Of a DNA stretch of 64,000 bases, positions 18,665 to 27,552 are shown piece by piece. Source of the stretch: Polyangiaceae bacterium (lineage in GTDB: Bacteria > Myxococcota_A > Polyangia > Polyangiales > Polyangiaceae); contig JAPSGB010000012.1 in assembly GCA_035063585.1 (NCBI GenBank), positions 32,001-96,000 on the forward strand, written 5' to 3'. The translations under genes and the position numbers were made by a program. Below the pieces are notes generated by a model that saw nothing but the letters and a program-made list of their open reading frames with translations, was not told where the DNA came from and ran no database searches. Within the stretch, counting starts at the first letter, position 1, and each line of letters opens with the position of its first letter.

Positions 18665-19159
18665 ATGGAGCAAAGTGGGCGAGGGCCGAGCGGCCCGGGT
18701 TCCATCGAGAAGAGCGGGGGGCCGCTCACCGTCGACCGCGGGCTCGGCGCGGGTCGTGACGCCGCGGAACCCGAGGTGCTCCCCGGCGATACGGAGGCGA
18801 CCGACGCCTCGCTCGAGCAGGTCCCGGTCTTCCAGTGGGACGTCAACCCGGAGGACGCGACGCTCGTGTCAGGGACCGCCGAGCTCCTCGGCGAGGAGTA
18901 CGATTACTGGATCTGGTGGCAGATCCACCCGGAGCGGCTGGTCTACGCGTCGGTGCAAGGCCTCCGTCACGACGCGGTCGCGGAACGACACGTGGGCCAC
19001 GGTCACTCGGCTGCGCCGGCCGCCGGCGTCAACCTCGTCTACGACCAAGCGCGCCACGGCATCGTGGCGGTCTACGGCGCGGTGCGTGATTTCAGGCCGT
19101 TCGTCGCGGCGTTCCTCAAGGTGTATCGCGCGGCGTACGCCGAGCGTCGCGCGGAGTGA
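18665..19159 (+). CDS. hypothetical protein
   Basis: SD AAGGAG 6 nt before the ATG; GC-rich third codon positions; aromatic-rich core (YDYWIWWQIHP) and an HVGHGH motif. No family recognised. Confidence 0.65.
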   Translation: MEQSGRGPSGPGSIEKSGGPLTVDRGLGAGRDAAEPEVLPGDTEATDASLEQVPVFQWDVNPEDATLVSGTAELLGEEYDYWIWWQIHPERLVYASVQGLRHDAVAERHVGHGHSAAPAAGVNLVYDQARHGIVAVYGAVRDFRPFVAAFLKVYRAAYAERRAE

Positions 19160-19199
19160 CCCCGAGCCCCGGCGCACGGGGCAACCGGTGAGCGGCGAG

Positions 19200-19664
19200 T
19201 CACCGCGCGCGCGGCTTCGCCGCGCGCTTCGGCGCGGCCGCGCTCGCAGCAGGCTTCTTGCGCGCCGCCGGCCGCGTCGCGGCGCCCGGCGCGCGCTTCG
19301 GCGCGCGGCGCGCGCCTCCGCTTCGCTCGGCGAGGTAGTCGCGGAGCACGAGCGCGCCGTTATGGAGCGTGTCGTGCGCGCTATAGAGCAGGGTGACGGG
19401 CCCGCGCGCTGCGGCGTCGAGGATCGGCTGCCAGCCGCTCGGGTTCTCGTCGAGCTCCGCGCGGTAGCGTCGCTGGAACTCGTCCCAGCGCTCCACCCGG
19501 TGATCGAACCACTTGCGGAGCTCTCCGGTCGGCGCGACCTCCTTCAGCCAGCCGTCGGCAGCGAGCGCCTCCTTGGTGAGGCCGCGCGGCCACAGCCGCT
19601 CGACGAGCAGCCGCTGCCCGTCGGCTCGCGCCTTCGGCTCGTAGGTTCGTTTGATGGCGATCAT
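19200..19664 (-). CDS. DUF488 (YeaO-like) family protein
   Basis: IKRTYEP, LVERLWPRGLTK, WLKEVAPTGELRKWFDH and TLLYSAHD motifs; SD GGAGG; Lys/Ala-rich tail. Confidence 0.92.
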   Translation of the reverse strand: MIAIKRTYEPKARADGQRLLVERLWPRGLTKEALAADGWLKEVAPTGELRKWFDHRVERWDEFQRRYRAELDENPSGWQPILDAAARGPVTLLYSAHDTLHNGALVLRDYLAERSGGARRAPKRAPGAATRPAARKKPAASAAAPKRAAKPRAR

Positions 19665-20037
19665 CTCGATGCCTCCTCGCGCCTCCGCGCGGTGCCGCCG
19701 GCCGCCTCGATGAAGCTCTCGGCGTGCGACGCGCGCCCGCCCGTAATCGCAACTCGCGGTCCGGCGCACCGGGCGATCTAAGGACGCCTCCCACCGCGCG
19801 CAACCAGCCGCGCCGGGCCGGGCCTAGGCTCGGCCCGGGGTGAGCGCGCCGCCTGCCGCGACCACCGCCGCCCGCGCGGCCCCGCGGCACGGCCGACCGA
19901 TATATATACTCGCCAGGCTCTATCGATTTCGTTTTCGGTTCATGCGGGTGAGTGTTATTGGATTTCTACGACGTCAATATCGATGCGTGATAAACGGATA
20001 CTCGCTACAACGCATCGCGTCATGAGGTATTCCTGAA

Positions 20038-20373
20038 ATGGCAAACCCGAAACGTTCCTATGCTGAGCTCCTCGATGAAATCGAATCGCTCAAGAAGCAG
20101 GCGGAGGCCGTGCGAAAGGCCGAGCTCGGCGAGATCATCGCGGACATCAAACGGAAGATTCAAGAGTACGAGCTGACGGCGCAAGATCTCGGGTTTGGCG
20201 AGCAGCGCCGCGCTCCCGCGCGCACGAAAGACGGGCGCGGCTCGGTGAAGCCGAAATACCGCGACCCGGCGAGCGGAAAGACCTGGACCGGCCGGGGGCG
20301 GCAGCCCATCTGGTTCCGCGATGCGCTGGCCTCCGGAAGCAAGCCGGCGGACTTGGCCATCGGCGAGGGCTAG
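20038..20373 (+). CDS. hns: H-NS-family nucleoid-associated protein
   Basis: N-terminal coiled coil (SYAELLDEIESLKKQAE) and the H-NS C-terminal signature PKYRDPASGKTWTGRGRQPIW. Confidence 0.92.
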   Translation: MANPKRSYAELLDEIESLKKQAEAVRKAELGEIIADIKRKIQEYELTAQDLGFGEQRRAPARTKDGRGSVKPKYRDPASGKTWTGRGRQPIWFRDALASGSKPADLAIGEG

Positions 20374-20532
20374 CGCGCGCTCGCGAGTGGGCCGGGCGTG
20401 CGCCGTCCCCAGGTCCGCCTCGAGCTTCGGTCGACTCGGGTGAAATCGCCGAGAGGCGCGGCTGATTTTGCAGCGGCGGCGACCGAGTACCGCTCGTGAG
20501 GGGTAGAGTGAGCGGTGAATCGAGGGAAGGCC

Positions 20533-20898
20533 ATGGCAGAAGATCATCCTCTATATCCGGCTCCGAGTCGCGAGGTCTCGGCCTTGCGGACGGAGCTCGC
20601 CCCCGGCCCCGCCGAGGCGTTCGCCGCGTTCAGCAAGGCCGTCTTCGCCGACGGCGCGCTCCCCGCGAAGACCAAGCAGCTCATCGCGGTCGCCGTCGCG
20701 CACGTGACCCAGTGCCCGTACTGCATCCGCGGCCACTCGCGCGGCGCGCTCCGCGAGGGCGCGACGCCCGAAGAGATCATGGAAGCGGTCTGGGTCGCCG
20801 CCGAGATGCGCGCGGGTGGCGCCTACGCGCACTCGGCGCTCGCGCTCGACGAGATCCGCCAGCATCAGGCGCGCCACGCCGCGAGCGACGCGAAGTAG
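20533..20898 (+). CDS. carboxymuconolactone decarboxylase/AhpD-family protein
   Basis: ALPAKTKQLIAVAVAHVTQCPYCIRGH (CxxC-H motif), GATPEEIMEA. Confidence 0.92.
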   Translation: MAEDHPLYPAPSREVSALRTELAPGPAEAFAAFSKAVFADGALPAKTKQLIAVAVAHVTQCPYCIRGHSRGALREGATPEEIMEAVWVAAEMRAGGAYAHSALALDEIRQHQARHAASDAK

Positions 20899-21110
20899 CG
20901 CCGTCAGCCCGCGCCCGGCGCGCCACGCCGCGAGCGACGCGAAGTAGCGCCGCCAGCCCGCGCCCGGCGCGCCACGCCGCGAGCGACGCGAAGTAGCGCC
21001 GCCAGCCCGCACCCGGCGCGCCACGCCGCGAGCGACGCGAAGTAGCGCCGTCAGCCCGCGCCCGGCGCGCCACGCCGCGAGCGACGCGAAGTAGCGCCGT
21101 CAGCCCGCGC
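20868..21110. repeat. 49-bp tandem repeat, about 5 copies
   Basis: Unit GGCGCGCCACGCCGCGAGCGACGCGAAGTAGCGCCG(T/C)CAGCCCGC(G/A)CCC starting at 20868, 20917, 20966, 21015 and 21064; no spacers. Confidence 0.95.
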
Positions 21111-21319
21111 GCGGGAGCGCGCTGCCTCGCGCGCGCCGCCGAGCGCGAAGGGCAGGGGTGTCGGTCCGTCGCGGCCGGCGCCGCGGCGCGGAGCCACCGC
21201 GCCGGACCGACATCATACGAGCGTGCATGCTCGGTTGACGACGTCTCGAGCCGCGCGCGCAGGGCGTCGCGCAGGTAGCCGCTTGATCATCGTGCCCGAC
21301 GTCGCCTAGCACGCCAAGT

Positions 21320-21868
21320 ATGCTCGAAGGTCTGAACACGCTCCCGCTCGCGCTCTCGGCGCTGGTGATCTTTTCTCTCAGGATCGTGGACGTCACGCTC
21401 GGCACGCTCCGTATCGGATTCCTCGTGCGCGGCACCCGGCGACTCGCGGGGCTCTTCGGGTTCTTCGAGTCGCTGGTCTGGCTGATGGCGGCCGCGGAGG
21501 TCCTGTCGAACCTCGACTCGCCGCTGAAGTTCGTGGCTTACGCGGGGGGCTACGCGACGGGCACCATGGTCGGCGTGAGCGTCGAGCGGTGGCTCGCGAT
21601 CGGCGAGACGATCATGCGGGTGGTCGCACCGGTCGGGAGCGTGTCGGTGGAGACCGCGCTCCGCGAGGCCGGGTTCTTCGTCACGGTGCTGAACGCTCAG
21701 GGACGCGACGGGGACGTGCGCGTCTCATTCTCGGTGTTGCCGCGCCGTCGGATGCAGGAGGCGCTCGCGCTGGTAGGGCGCGTGAACCCGGCCGCCTTCG
21801 TGACGTTCGAGCCGACGACGCCCACCCGGCGTTCGCTCGCGGCCAAGCCGTCGCGCCCGGTGAAGTAG
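21320..21868 (+). CDS. UPF0316/DUF2179-family membrane protein
   Basis: IFSLRIVDVTLGTLR, GFFESLVW, YAGGYATG and LREAGFFVTVLNAQGRDG motifs. Confidence 0.85.
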   Translation: MLEGLNTLPLALSALVIFSLRIVDVTLGTLRIGFLVRGTRRLAGLFGFFESLVWLMAAAEVLSNLDSPLKFVAYAGGYATGTMVGVSVERWLAIGETIMRVVAPVGSVSVETALREAGFFVTVLNAQGRDGDVRVSFSVLPRRRMQEALALVGRVNPAAFVTFEPTTPTRRSLAAKPSRPVK

Positions 21869-21995
21869 CGCGAGCCCCGTGACACGGCTGTCGCGATCGC
21901 CGCTACGGCGTGCCAACCGGCCGGCGAACCGGTGGGAAACGTACAGGAGTGCGCGCCGGCGCTGCTCGGCACACGGGTTGCTATGGTCCCGCTCC

Positions 21996-22760
21996 ATGAG
22001 AACTCACATCGTGGTGCTTGCGGCGCTGTCTTCGGCTTGGCTCCTCGCGTGCGGAGGGAGCGCCTCGGATGGCTCCGGTAGCGGCGGCAGCGCGGGCTCG
22101 GGCGGCGGCAGCGCGGGCTCGGGCGGCGGCAGCGCGGGCTCGGGCGGCGGCAGCGCGGGCTCGGGCGGCGGCAGCGCGGGCTCGGGCGGCGGCAGCGCGG
22201 GCTCGGGTGGAGGCAGCGCGGGCTCGGGCGGCGGCAGCGCGGGCTCGGGCGGAGGCAGCGCGGGCTCGGGTGGACAGTCGGGCCGGTCGTGCGGGGGGAT
22301 CCTGGGTGCCAACTGCGAAAATGATGAGTTCTGCGACTTCCCGGACAACCGCTGCGGCGCCGCCGATGGGAGCGGCACCTGCACGCCACGCCCGAAGAAC
22401 TGCCTCGAGAATTACGAGCCGGCCTGCGCGTGTGACGGGACCGTCTACAGCAACGCCTGCGCGGCGAACTCCCAGGGCGAAGACATCTCCGCGCTCGACG
22501 GCTGCGAGCCGCCCGCGGGCTACATCCCGTGTGGTACGCGGCTCTGCGACGCGAGCTCACAGTACTGCTTCCGAGGCGTGAGCGACGTCGGCAACGAGCC
22601 GGACGCGTTCGATTGCAAGCCGCTCCCGAGCGGCTGCGACACGGCGGGCGCCGCCACCTGCGAGTGTCTCGCGAAGGCCGGCGAGGCGTGCGCGCAATGG
22701 TGCACCGTGGTCGATGGCAAAGGGGCGCAGGGCCTGAAGCTGACCTGCCCGGGCGGGTGA
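21996..22760 (+). CDS. Gly/Ser-linker lipoprotein with Kazal-type Cys-rich domain
   Basis: Lipobox LLAC, (GGGSAGS)n linker and the Kazal motif CLENYEPACACDGTVYSNAC. Confidence 0.85.
   Translation: MRTHIVVLAALSSAWLLACGGSASDGSGSGGSAGSGGGSAGSGGGSAGSGGGSAGSGGGSAGSGGGSAGSGGGSAGSGGGSAGSGGGSAGSGGQSGRSCGGILGANCENDEFCDFPDNRCGAADGSGTCTPRPKNCLENYEPACACDGTVYSNACAANSQGEDISALDGCEPPAGYIPCGTRLCDASSQYCFRGVSDVGNEPDAFDCKPLPSGCDTAGAATCECLAKAGEACAQWCTVVDGKGAQGLKLTCPGG
22080..22268 (+). repeat. in-frame 21-bp tandem repeat, 9 copies (GGGSAGS)
   Basis: Near-perfect copies of GGCGGCGGCAGCGCGGGCTCG. Confidence 0.92.
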
Positions 22761-22764
22761 GCGC

Positions 22765-23409
22765 TCACCAGCCGCCGGAGTCTTCCCCGAGGTCGAGCAG
22801 CCGCCAGAGATACCACGCGGCGACGGTTCGGAACGGGCGGAACCGCTCGCCGCGCTCGCGCATCTGGCGACGATCGGGGAGCTCAGAGAGGTGATAGAGC
22901 CGGGCCACCGCCTTGCGGACGCCGAGGTCACTCGCGGGCCAGACGTCGGGTCGGCCGAGCTGGAACATGAGAAACATCTCGGCCGACCACACGCCGATGC
23001 CGCGCACCTGCGTGAGCGCGGCGACGATTTCGTCGTCGCTCATCCGGCCGAGCGCCTCGAGCACGAGCGCGCCGCTCTCGACGCGCAGGGAGAGATCGGT
23101 GAGCGAGGCGAGCTTCTGTCGTGAGAGCCCGCACGCGCGCAGCCGCTCCGGGCCGAGCGCGAGGAGCGCGCGCGCGCTCGGCGGCCACTCGGGCTCGAGC
23201 GCCGCGCGGAGCCGACCGTGGATGGTGGCGGCCGCCTTGCCGGAGAGCTGCTGATATACGATCGAGCGGACCAGCGCGCCGAAGTGCGAGCCGGAGCGAC
23301 CGACCTCGAGCCGATACCGGCCGACCCGCGCGATGAGCGCGGCGAGCCTCGGATCGGCGCGCCGGAGCGCCGGGAGCGCGCCGCGCGGGGCGCTCGGCGG
23401 GAAAGTCAT
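22765..23409 (-). CDS. alkA: DNA-3-methyladenine glycosylase II (HhH-GPD)
   Basis: LVRSIVYQQLSGKAA, VRGIGVWSAEMFLMF, DVWPASDLG and RPFRTVAAWYLW motifs. Confidence 0.9.
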   Translation of the reverse strand: MTFPPSAPRGALPALRRADPRLAALIARVGRYRLEVGRSGSHFGALVRSIVYQQLSGKAAATIHGRLRAALEPEWPPSARALLALGPERLRACGLSRQKLASLTDLSLRVESGALVLEALGRMSDDEIVAALTQVRGIGVWSAEMFLMFQLGRPDVWPASDLGVRKAVARLYHLSELPDRRQMRERGERFRPFRTVAAWYLWRLLDLGEDSGGW

Positions 23410-23494
23410 GACCCCGTCTCCATGACACGCATCGCGGGCCGCTGGAAGTCCGCGGACCCCAGCCGCGCCGCCGGCCGCGCCGGACCGGCGAGCC

Positions 23495-24304
23495 TCACTC
23501 GCCGAAGTGCGCGGCGGTGATTCGGACGCCGGCGAGCGTGCCGGAGAAGCCGATCCGGCCGAGCTCGTCGCCGGCCGCGCCGGCGGCGACCATGAGCGGC
23601 AAGAGATGCTCTTCGCGCGGGTGCGCGGCGCGCGCGGCCGGAGCCCGCGCAAAGCTCGTGAGCGCCGCGTCGCGCTCGGCGGCGGGCGCCACGATGACCT
23701 CGCGGAGCCAGGCGTCGAACGCCTCCGATGCGGAAACGCCGGCGCCGCCGAAGCCGCGCAGGTCGTGGTAGCTCATCCCGCTCGCGACGATGAACACGCC
23801 GGCTTCGCGCAGCGGCGCGAGCGCGCGGCCGAGCGCGAGGTGCTGCGCGGGGTCGAGCCCGGCGATGAGCGAGAGCTGGAAGGCGGGGACGCGCGCCTCG
23901 GGCCAGGCGAGCATGAGCGGAACGAACGCGCCGTGGTCGAAGCCGCGGGCCGGAGCTTCGCGCGGGTCGAAGCCCGCGGCGGCGAGGAGCGCGCGGGCCT
24001 GCTCGGCGACCTCGGGCGCGCCCGGCGCGGGCCAGGTGAGGTGATACGATTCCTCAGGGAAACCGTAGTAATCGAAGAGGAGCGGCGGGCGCGCGGCGGT
24101 CATCACGGTGGGCGCCGGCTCCTCCCAGTGCGCCGAGACGCAGAGCACCGCGCGCGGCGGCTCGCGCGGGAGCGCGCCGAGCCCGCGGAGGTATGCGGCG
24201 AGCGCGGCTTGCTCGGCGGGGCTGCCGATCGCGACCTCCACGAACGGCCAAGGGCCGCCGCCGTGCGGGACGTAGACGACCGGCAGCTTCGCGCTCGACG
24301 ACAT
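23495..24304 (-). CDS. DODA/LigB-type extradiol ring-cleavage dioxygenase
   Basis: HGGGPWP, SAHWE, FDYYGFP, RGFDHG, SGMSYH and HPREEHLLPL motifs. Confidence 0.92.
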   Translation of the reverse strand: MSSSAKLPVVYVPHGGGPWPFVEVAIGSPAEQAALAAYLRGLGALPREPPRAVLCVSAHWEEPAPTVMTAARPPLLFDYYGFPEESYHLTWPAPGAPEVAEQARALLAAAGFDPREAPARGFDHGAFVPLMLAWPEARVPAFQLSLIAGLDPAQHLALGRALAPLREAGVFIVASGMSYHDLRGFGGAGVSASEAFDAWLREVIVAPAAERDAALTSFARAPAARAAHPREEHLLPLMVAAGAAGDELGRIGFSGTLAGVRITAAHFGE

Positions 24305-24514
24305 CACGCTCCTTCATGAGGCGCCCGCGCCCGGTGGATGGCCCGGAACCCAGCACGAACCGTTCCACCGGGAGCACGAATCCGCAAATGGGCTGCCGAG
24401 GCGGCGCGGCCGGCGACGGGGGGCGAGCGGCCCTGCAAGAGCGAAACCGCGCCGAACTTCACGTCATTCCGTCCGTCGCCGGCCCGGCGGGGGCTCTTTC
24501 GGTAAGATGGCGTG

Positions 24515-24841
24515 ATGAAGCTCGCGATGACCAACGTGCCTCCGAAGGAGGGCGCGCGGCTCGCGCGCGCGCTGGTCGAGGAGCGGCTCGCCGCGTGCGT
24601 GAGCCGGCTCCCCGTGCAGAGCGTGTACCGCTGGCGCGGTGAGCTCTGCGAAGACGACGAGCACACCCTCCTCATCAAGGTGGCGGCCGAGCGCGTCGAC
24701 GCGCTCCGGGCGCGGCTCGTCGCGCTCCACCCGTACGAGCTGCCCGAATTCGTCGTGCTCGACGTGGACCGCGCGGGCTCGCTCGCCGCGTACGTCGACT
24801 GGGTGCGCGCCGAGTCGAGCGGGGAAGTGGCAGGGGAGTGA
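24515..24841 (+). CDS. cutA: divalent-cation tolerance protein CutA
   Basis: LVEERLAACV, SVYRWRG and LHPYELPE motifs. Confidence 0.92.
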   Translation: MKLAMTNVPPKEGARLARALVEERLAACVSRLPVQSVYRWRGELCEDDEHTLLIKVAAERVDALRARLVALHPYELPEFVVLDVDRAGSLAAYVDWVRAESSGEVAGE

Positions 24842-24866
24842 GCGCCCGGCGCGGCCCGGCCCGCGC

Positions 24867-25673
24867 TCAGCGCGTCATCGCGAAGAAGACCGCGATCCCG
24901 AGCGCGATACGGTACCAGCCGAAGGGCTCGAGCCCGCGCCGCTTCAGGTAGCGGATGAAGAGCGCGATGACCGCCCAGGCGACCAGGAACGAGACCACGA
25001 GCCCGATGGCGACGCTCAGGCTGCCCACCTCCGCGCCGAGCCCGTGGCGCGCCTTGTAGCCTTCGTAGAGGGTGGCCGCGCCGAGCGTCGGGAGCGCCAG
25101 CAGGAAGGAGAACTCGGCGGCGGTCGCGGTCGAGAGCCCGGCGAGCTGCCCCGCGACGATGGTCGTCATCGAGCGCGAGGTGCCCGGCCAGAGCGCGAAG
25201 CACTGCCCGAGCCCGATGAGGAGCGCGCGCTTCGGCGTGACGTGCTCGAGCCCGTCCAGGCCGCGCGCGCCTCGCTTCGCGCGGGTTCGCTCGATGGCGA
25301 TCATCACGAGCCCGCCGGCGATGAGCGCGCCGGCGACCGGCAGCGGCGCGAAGAGCCGGTCCTTGATGGCGCGGTGGAGGAGAAATCCGACGATCGCCGC
25401 CGGCACGAAGGCGAGCCCGAGCGCCGTGAAGAGCGCCAGCGAGCCCGGACGACGCGCGAACAGATTTCGAAAGTGCTCGCCGAGCAGCCTTCGGTACTCG
25501 ACGAGCACCGCGAGCACCGCGCCGAGCTGGATCACGATCTCGAAGGCGGCCGTGCCCTCGGAGGCCTCGCCGAAGAGCGCGCTCACCAGGATGAGGTGCC
25601 CGGTCGACGAGACGGGCAGGTACTCGGTGAGCCCTTCGACGAGCCCGAGCAGCGCGGCGATGGCCGGGTCCAT
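24867..25673 (-). CDS. uppP: undecaprenyl-diphosphate phosphatase
   Basis: LGLVEGLTEYLPVSSTGH, IQLGA, PGTSRS and AAEFSFLL motifs. Confidence 0.95.
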   Translation of the reverse strand: MDPAIAALLGLVEGLTEYLPVSSTGHLILVSALFGEASEGTAAFEIVIQLGAVLAVLVEYRRLLGEHFRNLFARRPGSLALFTALGLAFVPAAIVGFLLHRAIKDRLFAPLPVAGALIAGGLVMIAIERTRAKRGARGLDGLEHVTPKRALLIGLGQCFALWPGTSRSMTTIVAGQLAGLSTATAAEFSFLLALPTLGAATLYEGYKARHGLGAEVGSLSVAIGLVVSFLVAWAVIALFIRYLKRRGLEPFGWYRIALGIAVFFAMTR

Positions 25674-25734
25674 GCGTGGGGTCGGGTAGCACGGCTCCCG
25701 GCCCTAGCGGCAATCCTTTGCGGTCTGGAACGAT

Positions 25735-25754
25735 ATTCAACTTCATGGTTGAAT
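25735..25754. promoter_or_regulatory. palindromic ArsR-type operator
   Basis: Perfect inverted repeat ATTCAAC-N6-GTTGAAT overlapping the ArsR gene start. Confidence 0.75.
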
Positions 25755-26127
25755 GCGAGGCGCCGTGCTCCCGAACCCGGACCGCACCCTCGCCGCGCTC
25801 GCCGATCCGACGCGGCGCGCGCTCGTCGAGCGACTCAGCCTGGGCGAGGCCCGGGTCGGAGAGCTCGCGGCGCCGTTCGCGATGTCGCTCGCCGCGGTGT
25901 CCAAGCACCTCGCCGTGCTCGAGCGCGCCGGGCTGGTTCGCCGCCGCGCGGAGGGGCGCGCGCGCCTCATCGCGCTCGAGCCCGAGCCGCTCCGCGAGCT
26001 CGAGGCGTGGGCGCGCCGGCAGCACGAACCGCGCTCGCATGACGGGTATCGGGCGAAGCGAGGCGGCGCTCAGCGCACGCTGTCCGGCACCTCGCCGATC
26101 GGCTGCTCGCGCTCGAGCGTGAAGTAG
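25753..26127 (+). CDS. ArsR/SmtB-family HTH regulator, possibly degenerate
   Basis: ALADPTRRALVERL and MSLAAVSKHLAVLERAGLV motifs. The C-terminus turns atypical and overlaps the convergent gene by 58 bp. Confidence 0.7.
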   Translation: MRGAVLPNPDRTLAALADPTRRALVERLSLGEARVGELAAPFAMSLAAVSKHLAVLERAGLVRRRAEGRARLIALEPEPLRELEAWARRQHEPRSHDGYRAKRGGAQRTLSGTSPIGCSRSSVK

Positions 26128-26621
26128 GTGGGGGTCGCGACCGCGCGTCCGGCGATGAAGAGGTAGCTCACGCCGAGCAGGGCGTCGGCGTCGTTCGGCG
26201 CGAGCGCGACCAGCGGATCCTTCACGAGGCGCTGCCAGGGTGGGTTCGGCGCGAGCGAGTAGTCGATGACGAGGCCGCGCGCGAACGGCCCTGGCAGCCG
26301 CGAGCGGTCCGGCGCGACCACGCCGTACGGCCAGGTCGTGAGCGCGCGACCGCGCCGCAGCTTGGGCCGGCTCGGGGCGTCGAGGCCGTCTTGCGCGAGC
26401 CGCACGTTCCAGCCGCGGAGCCGCCCGTCGGGGTGCCGCCAGAACGCCTTTTGGAACGTCTTCCAGGTGAGCTGCTCCACGAGCCAGGGCAGCCCGAGGC
26501 TCGTGCCGCGGTAGAGGTACCCCTCGAGCGCCGCCGGATCGATCGGGTACCCCTCGAGCAGGCGCGCTCTCAGCTCGGCGCGGGTGGCGGTGCGGAGCGC
26601 GCGCGCGAGCTCGAGGGACAT
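26070..26621 (-). CDS. hypothetical protein
   Basis: Plausible globular ORF (YRGTSLGLP, TWKTFQKAFWR, GWNVRL, TPTYFTLER); TATACT lies 8 nt upstream of the ATG. Confidence 0.7.
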   Translation of the reverse strand: MSLELARALRTATRAELRARLLEGYPIDPAALEGYLYRGTSLGLPWLVEQLTWKTFQKAFWRHPDGRLRGWNVRLAQDGLDAPSRPKLRRGRALTTWPYGVVAPDRSRLPGPFARGLVIDYSLAPNPPWQRLVKDPLVALAPNDADALLGVSYLFIAGRAVATPTYFTLEREQPIGEVPDSVR

Positions 26622-26675
26622 CGCGGCCCAGTATAATACGCGCGCGCCGCCGGCCGCGACGGGCCGGAAAGAAAA

Positions 26676-27488
26676 TCAGGCCGCGGAGAGGTACGCCGGG
26701 TTCTGCGCGAGCTCGCGCTTCCACGCCTCGAGCAGCGCTCGGTTGTCGTGCTGCCACGGGTGGAAGTCGGGCCGATAGTACGCGAGATAGAGGCGGAAGA
26801 CGTTCCCGAAGCCGCCCGGCTCGACCAGCAGGAAGTGGAGCAGCTTTCGCCACTCGCCCGCGTCCCAGAGGATGCCGTCCGCGCGCATCATGCGCGCCTG
26901 CTGCTCGACGATCTTCGCCCAGAAGATGAGGCTCGCGCCAATCATCACCGCCACGCGCTCGGGGTACGGCGCGCCGACCAGCCGATAGACGTCGTACGCC
27001 ACCGCCTTGTGCTCGTTCTCTTCGGCCGCGTGCCACTTCCAGAGCGCCGACATCACCGGATCGGCGCCCTCGAGCAGGCGCGGATCGCCGAGGAGATAGT
27101 CGGCGAGGAGCGCCGTGAAGTGCTCGAGCGCGCAGGTCGCCGAGAGCTGCCAGCGCTTCGGCAGGCGCCGCGCGAAATCCAAGATCCGCTCGACGCGCTT
27201 TTCCATGTCGACCACGGGGAAGCCCTGCTCGACGAGCATCGCGTTATAGCGCCGGTGCTCGCGACTGTGCATTCCCTCCTGGGCGGTGAAGCCTTTGACC
27301 TCGTCGTCGAGGGCGGAGCCCCGCTCCACGCGGTCGCGGAACGCCTTCACGCTGGTGATGAAGAACGTCTCGCCGGCCGGGAAGAAGACGCTCAGGTTGT
27401 CGAAGAACAAGGTCACGGCGCGCCCGGCCGGGTGCCAGACGCGCGGGGTGCGGTCGCCGACCGCGAACTTGAGGTTTCTCACCTGCAT
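26676..27488 (-). CDS. predicted metal-dependent hydrolase (PF10118-like)
   Basis: FPAGETFF, QEGMHSREH, TCALEHFTA, WHAAEENEHKAVAYD and PDFHPW motifs. Start is at 27488 or 27500. Confidence 0.9.
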   Translation of the reverse strand: MQVRNLKFAVGDRTPRVWHPAGRAVTLFFDNLSVFFPAGETFFITSVKAFRDRVERGSALDDEVKGFTAQEGMHSREHRRYNAMLVEQGFPVVDMEKRVERILDFARRLPKRWQLSATCALEHFTALLADYLLGDPRLLEGADPVMSALWKWHAAEENEHKAVAYDVYRLVGAPYPERVAVMIGASLIFWAKIVEQQARMMRADGILWDAGEWRKLLHFLLVEPGGFGNVFRLYLAYYRPDFHPWQHDNRALLEAWKRELAQNPAYLSAA

Positions 27489-27552
27489 GGGGAGGAGCAT
27501 GGGGACCCCCGGGCTTTTCGGGCAGGTCAGGCCGTGCCAAGCTATTGTCACT

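Noticed and set aside
20868..21110. 49-bp array as a CRISPR array
   Set aside because: Units are contiguous with no unique spacers, and no cas genes were recognised in the window.
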